Source: Kiritimatiellia bacterium (lineage in GTDB: Bacteria; Verrucomicrobiota; Kiritimatiellia; RFP12; UBA1067). From it: 28,001 nt of DNA. The stretch lies in assembly GCA_045657505.1 (NCBI GenBank), contig JAZOTG010000143.1:1-28001 (forward strand), in the 5' to 3' direction. Shown here piece by piece: positions 8,701-15,730 of the stretch. The notes under the pieces are model-generated. The model had not been told where the DNA came from and ran no database searches. It saw only the letters and a list, made by a program, of their open reading frames with translations. A program made the position numbers and the translations under genes. Position 1 is the stretch's first letter; each line of letters begins with the position of its first letter.

Positions 8701-9275
8701 ACACCGCCGTACAGACCGAGTATTCCGCGCCAGCCGTTCTCGCCGAATACGACACCGTTCTGTACAGTGAAATCACCCCCGTTCAATACGAGTTCGCCTT
8801 CATTACCGGGGTTCTGTCCCATCAAAACGGCATTTCCCACATCGGCTGTGCCGCGTTCGAGCGACAGTGCGCCGCGCCCTCCGTGAACGCCGAGACAGAG
8901 CAAACCGTCGATGTGCGGGCCACATTCGTCGGAATCACCGATCCATCTGACGAGACAGTCATTTGACAAGGCATGGATATTAACTTGAGAAATCCAATAC
9001 CAATCCCAGTCTGTCGTCTCCCAGGCTCTCATTTCGTCCGCGGTGGCCTGTTTGTGAATTCTTCCATCACGGTTGAACGTTATATCAAACGAGGTCGCGC
9101 CCGCGTCGGAAGTGATGTTGTAATCATCCCAATCATGCCGGTTCCAGTTAGCCGGATTGCTCCATTCGGTGGAAGCCCCTCCTCCGGTCCAGAACGGGCC
9201 GCCGAGCACGGAGCCGACCGATACCGACATAAGTGCAAACATGACCGTCCGACTTATCAGATTTAAATTTTCCAT
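5715..9275 (-). CDS. 1186-aa secreted beta-helix protein with autotransporter-associated beta-strand repeat and three LamG/concanavalin-A-like domains; no translocator barrel
   Basis: Strong SD AGGAGG and a signal peptide. N-terminal WTGGG...WSNPANW; GGTI...GAIFDTAGH-like segment and LTKRGEGTLT repeat; three HRW[ST]F...[ED]xRIW...GPD modules; ends GLKIRVR. Confidence 0.85.
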   Translation of the reverse strand: MENLNLISRTVMFALMSVSVGSVLGGPFWTGGGASTEWSNPANWNRHDWDDYNITSDAGATSFDITFNRDGRIHKQATADEMRAWETTDWDWYWISQVNIHALSNDCLVRWIGDSDECGPHIDGLLCLGVHGGRGALSLERGTADVGNAVLMGQNPGNEGELVLNGGDFTVQNGVVFGENGWRGILGLYGGVFKVKQTAFLEGPTHSAFKHWGEAQFHFDGGTIMAANENQSFPVDGAIFGPKGLVFDTAGHNATLLETVNATKLNGATLTKRGEGTLTVDAPFAGGAVKVESGTLAIATDGRRVLKHRWSFNQDAADSVTGENTATVFNGVTFEGGKAVFASVPNNDGSYGIDLGSNLWPAKAMTLEMWVVQEEEFQWAKPFCWGSGEDDCFQYTFWDGNSSVFGLGGEGGTFNSWATGRHEIAVPYCITVTFVPNLTGGYHIRMARWNASTGALVNSRDYNTRGWTLSDVTQAHFYLGKNFWNNSIPSSKYDEVRIWEGVFSDSELMQHVMMGPDALPGENGGAAFRDAKLAHRWSFTEDATDSVLGTCTATSISNGSVANPVTYANGKLILAGAAANDGNKQNASGLDLGANLWPGNEMTLEIWATVTQGCDGWGKLFSWGQSTDRFLAVIGQGNMAFTCRGPNDFRGNSSCFGDVVFGQEFYYVMTLKSNGKGGTRVCFRRFNSEKNNDETWEYDLPAWLVSEIPQDYFRLGWSVFGNGALGMEVNEVRIWDGALTEHQIKQHVNAGPDEQLDAAASVPVRVNDSNVFGTAAADSVKQSDYLLHRWTFNRSLEDSVGGSDAVVKGDVDYTRTGTGLRLPGGSRNTGWVDLGENGGIPVDDSPFTVEAWVYSHNLDTRWSRMFSFGKRKRKATHNPDPAVADSLYSGFFFTFRGNGNRAVVQAFDHGAMKLDVEACIHGDVGQGFLTKDTECHVAVTFIPDASTGNTEYQIYGVSASNGARMFIRGGIIEDWLPSRVFARGESDDDNGDANYNWLGLSQWNDKDANATFNEFRIWNCALSEKQLEINRQLGPDKLPSLTRVDGARAFDADVSAGATLDLGGNTLLMSSISGKGSVSNGSSIIAGDINPGGKGDAGELTLNGDVVVTGAIYLDAGDKIVVNGSLDLSQANVVMSDSSKAGFCFASATGSITGAPAMTGKYNGLVVKTTGKNAWITTEGLKIRVR
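6159..6923 (-). repeat. LamG-like domain copy 3 (more divergent, with insertions)
   Basis: YLLHRWTFNRSLEDSVGG...FTVEAW...FNEFRIWNCALS...GPDKLP. Confidence 0.75.
7008..7682 (-). repeat. LamG-like domain copy 2
   Basis: KLAHRWSFTEDATDSVLG...TLEIW...VNEVRIWDGALT...GPDEQL. Confidence 0.75.
7716..8363 (-). repeat. LamG-like domain copy 1
   Basis: VLKHRWSFNQDAADSVTG...TLEMW...YDEVRIWEGVFS...GPDALP. Confidence 0.75.
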
Positions 9276-9281
9276 GATTTT

Positions 9282-9287
9282 CCTCCT
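9282..9287 (-). promoter_or_regulatory. Shine-Dalgarno site of the 1186-aa gene
   Basis: AGGAGG, 6 nt upstream of ATG 9275. Confidence 0.85.
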
Positions 9288-9350
9288 GATTGAATTTAAA
9301 GTTTTTTTAGATCAGATCTGCGCACAATCCTTCAAAGCGGGAAACGACAA

Positions 9351-11336
9351 CTATTGCAAATCTACGCCCATTTCACGGAATTCTGCGGCTGCATTCAAAA
9401 AGTGAGCGGTCAGCCAGAATACCGTCCAATGTTCTTTATAACCGCCACGCTGTCCAAACGCATCAAGATGTCCGCCAAGGTTGTTCTCCGGCATATCATA
9501 ATAAGTATGCTGAATTCCCTCGCCCAGCGCGCCAGTTATGCTCGTGAGCTGGAAGCAGCTGCGATACATAATTGCGGCAAGTTTAGTGAGACGCTCATCT
9601 CCAAGATAAACGCCCATACGCCAAATGTCCGGTGTCGACAGAACGCCAAAGGCGTCAAGGTGCTGATTCTGCGGAGAGACGACCGTCCAGCCGGTTGACT
9701 TAAAACCATGGTCGTTCAACCTGCCCGGAGGCATGGCGATATCCCATACGACCGTATAGGTAAGCATATTGTTCATGGCATGCTGCGCAAGGCGTGCATA
9801 TTTCTTTTCGGCCTCGACGTCTTTCGTCTTTATTGCATTGCGCAGGAGAGCCGAGTAACCTTGAAACGCCGCAAACGCCCCTTCTTTATCCTCGCACTGC
9901 GCATCAAGCGTGCCGCCCCAATAAACCTTATCATAGCCAAAATAATCGCGCTCAAAAACTTTCGCCAGTTTTTTAGCTGCGGCCAGGCACTCTGGGCTTT
10001 CAAAAAGTTCCGCCGACGACACTAGCGGCGCAATCAAAAAACCGGACGCTGTGGAACGAGGCTCTTTCCAGTTGTCGGACAGAATCGTGCGCGCCATGGC
10101 GGTTGTCGACTTTTTCGCAAACGCACGCCATTTGGCGGGATTCAACTTGCCGCGTCCCGACTTCTCTGCAAACCTGATAGCTTTCACGATACTGTTGAGA
10201 GATTGACCGCAGGATACGGGGTCGCCTCCCCAGGTATTACCGTGCACAAGGCTTATCCCCACGCTGAAAAGGCCGTCTTGCTTGATTGTACCGATAAACA
10301 TGTCACTGATGGCGTCAAGCGAGCGTTGAGCCTTTTCCCAGTCGGTGCGGCCGAAGTCAAGCACAGGCAGCGCATACCCGCACGAGGCACCGGCTCCGCA
10401 CCAGCCAAGAACCACCTGCTTACTGCCAAAACGCGCATCCCACATATCAAACCCGCAACGGCCATTGACTTCGGTCCAGCGGGTTAACGCATAATCGCGC
10501 TTAACCTTTGCTATATGCGAGAGCGCGGCGAAACATTGCGACTCGTAGGGATGAAAAAGATCGAGCGAAACATCCATAGCCTGTTCAAAACCAAACTTGG
10601 CATCGCTCGCCTTGCCCGTTTGAATCCAAAACGTCTTGTCAACAACCTGACCGGGATAAAGAGTGATATATGTCTTATCCCGCGGAAGAGACCCCATCAT
10701 GCAGGCTTTTGAAATAGATCTGCGGCGATTATAGCCTACAGGGCCGGACATCAGAACAATATCGGAGCCTTCGCCGACTGCCTCAACGCCCGCACTCCAC
10801 CAAAGATCGTCGCATGCCGCGCCGCGCACTTGAGACGGAAGGATATGCAATGCGGCAAAATCGCGGGTTTTTGAATTTTCAAGAAGAGCAAAAGGCATAG
10901 ACAGTCGATGCTCTTCAAAAAACGCGAATTCACCCTGCTCTCCCGCGTAAACGGGCACCCGCCCGTCTTTGCGCCCCTTGTTTGACGGATTTCCGTAAAG
11001 AAGGATTCCTGGCAAAAACGGCTTCAACGCTGCAGTTTCGCCGCGGACACGGAAACGGACCGACAAGGTAACCTCATAAAGCGGCGTCCGGCCTTTCCAT
11101 TCCCAACGGCGCACCACTTTGACAAGACCGCCCGGCAATTCAGTTTTTATATCCGTTACAATCAAACCAGGCACTTCGCGCTTCCATTCTGCCACCCAGC
11201 CGTTGCACCAACCGATGCCTATTTCGGACGGTAAAAGCTCCATAGTCTTTCCATTTGCCGGAGAAGCGGCAAACAATGCGAATGAAAACCCAAGCCAGAC
11301 TAAACGAACTATTCTATTGAACATGTTATTCTTCAT
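9351..11336 (-). CDS. Secreted uncharacterised protein, probable (alpha/alpha)6 glycoside-hydrolase-like C-terminal domain
   Basis: 661-aa ORF with a signal peptide. Aromatic- and acid-rich motifs WGGTLDAQCEDKEG, YTVVWD, GWTVVSPQNQHLD and WTVFWLTAHFL in a helical C-half. Resembles hypothetical proteins I recall from Bacteroidota glycan loci; no named family recognised. Confidence 0.6.
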   Translation of the reverse strand: MKNNMFNRIVRLVWLGFSFALFAASPANGKTMELLPSEIGIGWCNGWVAEWKREVPGLIVTDIKTELPGGLVKVVRRWEWKGRTPLYEVTLSVRFRVRGETAALKPFLPGILLYGNPSNKGRKDGRVPVYAGEQGEFAFFEEHRLSMPFALLENSKTRDFAALHILPSQVRGAACDDLWWSAGVEAVGEGSDIVLMSGPVGYNRRRSISKACMMGSLPRDKTYITLYPGQVVDKTFWIQTGKASDAKFGFEQAMDVSLDLFHPYESQCFAALSHIAKVKRDYALTRWTEVNGRCGFDMWDARFGSKQVVLGWCGAGASCGYALPVLDFGRTDWEKAQRSLDAISDMFIGTIKQDGLFSVGISLVHGNTWGGDPVSCGQSLNSIVKAIRFAEKSGRGKLNPAKWRAFAKKSTTAMARTILSDNWKEPRSTASGFLIAPLVSSAELFESPECLAAAKKLAKVFERDYFGYDKVYWGGTLDAQCEDKEGAFAAFQGYSALLRNAIKTKDVEAEKKYARLAQHAMNNMLTYTVVWDIAMPPGRLNDHGFKSTGWTVVSPQNQHLDAFGVLSTPDIWRMGVYLGDERLTKLAAIMYRSCFQLTSITGALGEGIQHTYYDMPENNLGGHLDAFGQRGGYKEHWTVFWLTAHFLNAAAEFREMGVDLQ

Positions 11337-11345
11337 ATTAATTAC

Positions 11346-13274
11346 TTAATTGCAATGTACACCGGTTTTATCAACTGTTATTGAAATTTTGCGGCCGTAC
11401 ACATTTATATTCTTCAATGTCATGCGCTCAATACCTTTAGGCAGATGCGCCTTTACATCAAATTTACCAAAACCCGTCGACTGCAAACCGAACAACCCTT
11501 CAATGACTATACGGCAATAAAGAGCGCTTTCGGCGGACAAATGGCGCATATTACCCTCGGGCCAGGCTTCAACAGCGTAAGGCACATGCTCACCTAAAAG
11601 GCGCGTACGCGTATATTTGAGAAAGTTATCAAAAACCCGATCTGTCAAGGCGGCGGCGAACACGCCCCTGAAGGCATAAAGCACGCTGCGGTCCCATGTA
11701 ACGCCTTTCTTGTCGCCCTCGGCAGAGAGCATGCCCTCGCCATTCCAAAGCCATGACGAAAAGAGTGCGTCTGTAGTGCCTTCCGCTCGTGTGTAAATAC
11801 CCATGCACAGCGGAATTCCTATCCATGAGCGCAAAACGGGACACCCCTCGTAGTAACGGTATGTCTTGAAACCGTGCATCTCGCAGCCGAAATGCTTCTC
11901 GATAGACTGCAGCATATGCTCGGCGCGCCGGGTATAAAGCGAGGAGGCGTCGGCATTTCCGAATTCAGACTCTATTATTGCCGCATGACGCAGAGCGTCG
12001 TAATAGAGCGCCGATGTACAAAGATTTGCGCTGCCCGCCGGCAGACGCCCCTCAAGTTCATCGCTGTCGGAAGATACGACTCCGTCTTTTGTAAGTTTGC
12101 GACGGCAATATTCAAGCGACCAACGGATTGCGGGCAGCAGTTCCTTTGCCCAATCGCGGCGCCCAGAAGTTAAAACAAAACGCGAGGCTCCATACGCGTA
12201 CATTGCGGCGTCGCCGCGATCGCCGGCGCCATTCCAGTAGCCGAAGCCTTCGGCAATCACCGATGAGGGGATCGGTTCGTAGTTCGGCCCCATAAAAGGA
12301 ATGTAATGGCGATATGCATTCATCGAAGCCTCAAGTGCCGTTGCATCGCCCGTAAACGCAAAATACGGCCCGGCATATTCCACCTGGTCGTTACACCAGG
12401 TGGCCGCATAAAACGCGCCGCCGCCCGGAGAATGCATCAGACCTCCGCGCGTATAGAAAATGCTCTCGCCAGCGCGCAATTTTGCAAAGTGAAAAGCAGT
12501 ATCAAGCTCGTCGTTACCTGTTTCCAGCACACATGACGATGTCAACTCTGATATGCGCATGCGCCTTGCCGCGAGTTCCGCCGCTCCGTCGACAGGATAA
12601 TCAGGCTCATTAAGCATGCGCACAGAAAGACGGATCGTCCACACGCCCTTCTCGCCGGGGGCGAGCGTACTCGCCTCGGAAGGGAACACCTGCGCCCTGT
12701 ATTCATAGCGGCCCGTGCACCCGAGGGCATAGCCTGTACACCCCTTTGTAAAGGCGATCGGCATTGGAGTTGAACCGGCATTCTCAACTTCAAGCAACTC
12801 GAAGGCGGCCGCTTTATCTGCCGAAGGAAACACATGGCGCACGATACGAAGCGAGCCGTCTTCACTGTGCGACCTTGCACACCAAACACCGTCAAATGAA
12901 ATTTTATCTACTATTTCCCGGCAGATTTTACTGGCGGCAAAGAGCTTCGGCACCTCATTTTCTGTAAAATTGTGAGAGAACGTATCATGCGTTTTATTGG
13001 GCATTCTGCGATAGGCCGGCCAAAAAACACCGCGAGAAAGCGAAAGCGCACGATTGCTTTCAACATTGTACGAAAGAATGAGAGAAGCCTTGAGCCCGGA
13101 CATTTCAAGTGTATCCCGATGCGCAAGGCGCGAATCATTGGCAACATCCCACTCAATACGTTCACGCGGTTTAGCAATACGCCACCGTAGTGCGCTGCTG
13201 CTGGATTTGGCAAACGACGAAGCGGCCAAAAATGCTGCAGCGCAAACAACGGATACTTTTGCAACTAACTTCAT
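11346..13274 (-). CDS. Secreted six-hairpin glycosidase-like protein, family unassigned
   Basis: Likely start ATG 13274 (ORF track uses GTG 13280). Signal peptide MKLVAKV...AASSFA; motifs GGAFYAATWCNDQVEY, GAGDRGDAAM, SDSDELEGR and PYAVEAWPEG...HLSAES typical of (alpha/alpha)6 inverting-type hydrolases. Confidence 0.7.
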   Translation of the reverse strand: MKLVAKVSVVCAAAFLAASSFAKSSSSALRWRIAKPRERIEWDVANDSRLAHRDTLEMSGLKASLILSYNVESNRALSLSRGVFWPAYRRMPNKTHDTFSHNFTENEVPKLFAASKICREIVDKISFDGVWCARSHSEDGSLRIVRHVFPSADKAAAFELLEVENAGSTPMPIAFTKGCTGYALGCTGRYEYRAQVFPSEASTLAPGEKGVWTIRLSVRMLNEPDYPVDGAAELAARRMRISELTSSCVLETGNDELDTAFHFAKLRAGESIFYTRGGLMHSPGGGAFYAATWCNDQVEYAGPYFAFTGDATALEASMNAYRHYIPFMGPNYEPIPSSVIAEGFGYWNGAGDRGDAAMYAYGASRFVLTSGRRDWAKELLPAIRWSLEYCRRKLTKDGVVSSDSDELEGRLPAGSANLCTSALYYDALRHAAIIESEFGNADASSLYTRRAEHMLQSIEKHFGCEMHGFKTYRYYEGCPVLRSWIGIPLCMGIYTRAEGTTDALFSSWLWNGEGMLSAEGDKKGVTWDRSVLYAFRGVFAAALTDRVFDNFLKYTRTRLLGEHVPYAVEAWPEGNMRHLSAESALYCRIVIEGLFGLQSTGFGKFDVKAHLPKGIERMTLKNINVYGRKISITVDKTGVHCN

Positions 13275-13310
13275 AAACACCTTATCAACCTGTTTTTACT
13301 TCAACGGACA

Positions 13311-13339
13311 ATTATAACACAATAGATTTTTTGCATCAA
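13311..13339 (-). promoter_or_regulatory. sigma70-type promoter with extended -10
   Basis: Minus strand TTGATG (13339-13334), 17-nt spacer, TATAAT (13316-13311) preceded by TGT; lies in the intergenic gap upstream of the 13274 gene. Confidence 0.75.
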
Positions 13340-13356
13340 ACCATTCGCACATGCCG

Positions 13357-15696
13357 TCAGCGGCTTTTAACATCAAAATCGTGCTGCTGCGCCTCTACTT
13401 CACGTAAACGTGCTTCAGTTGCTTTGTCCATCGTATTGCTTTTAATTACCTTAACATCTGATGCACCAGGGGTAAAAATAATTTCACCGGCTTTAGGCGC
13501 ATACTTACCTTTACGGAGTGTTTCGGCACGAATTTTTATTGGGCCGGGGTTTGTAGACGCTCTTGGACGGATAAGGACAACTGCATCACCCCATCGCGTC
13601 ACCTGAGGATTTTCACCAACGATATCTGCCTCGCCCTCAACTGAAAAACGTATTGTCTCAGTATTATAGCGCTTTGGAGTACCTCTATTGTCTACGAGAG
13701 TAGCCGACACAGTTACAAGATCGGCACCATCAGCAACGGGGGAGAGACCTTCGGTGTCAAGAGAAAGATTAATTCCCACCAGCCTGTCGGACGGACGGCT
13801 GATGACAGTATCACCGCATGGAAGCGTAATTCTCAGATTGTGAAGATCGCTTGTGCCGTGTTTGTCGGCAAAACCGGCGCTTCTACGCTTCCTTTGACGC
13901 TTATTGTAGTCAAATTGCGTCTTCCCGGGCGTATACCGCTCACCGAAAAGCAGTGCCGAATATGTGCAGTTTGAATAGACAAAAATATCGCGCGGCGAAT
14001 ACGATGCAAGCTCGTGGGCCACAAAAACAAACGGCTCGTCAGTAAGCACCGATTTGAGAGCATGCCACGAATATTTCTTTTGCCTTGCATAAGTCATGAT
14101 GCCGCCGTAGAAATTGTCTGTATGGTAGCCGCGGGCGTGGTCGGTGCCGTGCCAAAGACAGCCGCCGAAATGATTTGCCGCCTGAGAATTGACATCATTG
14201 AAAAGACGAAGGTAATGGTTGGCCTGACGCACCATGGCCACCTCGCCCCATTCGCGCAAAACACGCGATGGAGAGCTTTGACTATTCCAGTCGTCAACAT
14301 AATCGCCCCACTCGCGCCTGTAACCGAGATTGCCCTCGACCGCCCTGTGGGAATACTTGATTTCACATATGCCGCTGCCGCCGCTTTGAATGTCGCAGGC
14401 GCTTATGTCGTTGGGCGCGCGGGAATTGCGCTTGACGACAGCTACAACATTGGTCGTGAAATAAGCAGGGAAATAAGTCTCATTAAGAATGGGCTCCCAG
14501 AAAAGATGTGACGGACGCGACCTGTCACGGCGCACCATCTTTTCTACATCGTCATACACGCGCTTTTCGAACCGGGAATCATTTTTATTCCAAAACTGCC
14601 AACCGGGAGTGGCACTGATGACAAACATGCCCATTTCGTCGCAGGCGTCCATAAACGCCGGATCCTGCGGATAATGCGCGCAGCGGAAAATCGACATTCC
14701 GCAATCTTTAAATTTTTTAACGTCACGCCAATGCAATGAATTCGGCAAGGCGTTGCCGATGAACAGATAATCCTGATGGCGGTTTGTGCCCATGAGTTTG
14801 CCGGGGTATTTTTTACCGTTTAGATAAAAGCCGTCCATCGTGAACTTGAAATCGCGGATTCCAAAACGCACATTCACGCGGTCGGTCAACACGCCGCCCT
14901 TCTTAACATCGACACGCAGAAAATGGAGATTCGGCTCTTTAGGAGTCCAAAGTGCCGGCGACTTAAGAACAAACGGCGAAACAACGCGCTTGCCGTCATA
15001 ATACAATTCTGCTGTCGCGCCGTCGGTATCTCCGCCGAGTGTCACATCGGCGCTGATTTTCCATGCACCGTCATCGCCCATATTGGTAGTGATCCATACT
15101 CCGCCCTTATCGGTGTCGGTTACGTACGCTTCTCCGGTTTCGATAAGATACACATCTCTGTATACGCCGCCAAAATACGTAAAATCAAGCGTGTCCTGAG
15201 GTTTGCCGGGCGGATACGACGGATCGTCAGAATTGTCGCACCATACTTCAAGGACGTTTTCACCCTCTTTAAGCACGCCTGTCACATCGATATGAACGGG
15301 CAGATACCCGCCGAAATGCTCGGCGACCATCTTGCCGTTCAGAGTAAAGCGGCTCTTGCCCATGACTGCTTCAAAATGAAGGAATTGACGCTTGCCCGAC
15401 GGTTTCCAATTGAAGGAACGGCGGTACCACGCCTGCTGCTGACGGTTAACTCCGCCTGAAGCTTCAAAACCTATTTCTCCCTCGTCAATCGAGTGGGGCA
15501 CAGAAACCTTTTTAGAGGTTTTAAAGTTATCCAACGAAAACTCCCATCCCGTTGCAAGCGTCTCTACGCGGCGCGGCGTTCCTTCTGCATGCCAATAACC
15601 GGCTTTGGAAAACTTCTGCGCTGGTTCAGCACCGAACAGAGCGGTTGATGCCGCACAAAACGCCGCTACGACCGACAATATCCTGATTTTAGCCAT
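13357..15696 (-). CDS. Secreted GH2 glycoside hydrolase (beta-galactosidase-like)
   Basis: Likely start ATG 15696 (GGAG upstream; signal peptide MAKIRILSVV...ALFG). GH2 motifs HFEAVMG, HFGGYLP, YFGGVYRDV, NRHQD, FRCAHYPQDPAFMDACDEMG and WEPILNET. Confidence 0.92.
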   Translation of the reverse strand: MAKIRILSVVAAFCAASTALFGAEPAQKFSKAGYWHAEGTPRRVETLATGWEFSLDNFKTSKKVSVPHSIDEGEIGFEASGGVNRQQQAWYRRSFNWKPSGKRQFLHFEAVMGKSRFTLNGKMVAEHFGGYLPVHIDVTGVLKEGENVLEVWCDNSDDPSYPPGKPQDTLDFTYFGGVYRDVYLIETGEAYVTDTDKGGVWITTNMGDDGAWKISADVTLGGDTDGATAELYYDGKRVVSPFVLKSPALWTPKEPNLHFLRVDVKKGGVLTDRVNVRFGIRDFKFTMDGFYLNGKKYPGKLMGTNRHQDYLFIGNALPNSLHWRDVKKFKDCGMSIFRCAHYPQDPAFMDACDEMGMFVISATPGWQFWNKNDSRFEKRVYDDVEKMVRRDRSRPSHLFWEPILNETYFPAYFTTNVVAVVKRNSRAPNDISACDIQSGGSGICEIKYSHRAVEGNLGYRREWGDYVDDWNSQSSPSRVLREWGEVAMVRQANHYLRLFNDVNSQAANHFGGCLWHGTDHARGYHTDNFYGGIMTYARQKKYSWHALKSVLTDEPFVFVAHELASYSPRDIFVYSNCTYSALLFGERYTPGKTQFDYNKRQRKRRSAGFADKHGTSDLHNLRITLPCGDTVISRPSDRLVGINLSLDTEGLSPVADGADLVTVSATLVDNRGTPKRYNTETIRFSVEGEADIVGENPQVTRWGDAVVLIRPRASTNPGPIKIRAETLRKGKYAPKAGEIIFTPGASDVKVIKSNTMDKATEARLREVEAQQHDFDVKSR

Positions 15697-15730
15697 ACTA
15701 CCACACTCCATCAACGATTATTGGATAAAT

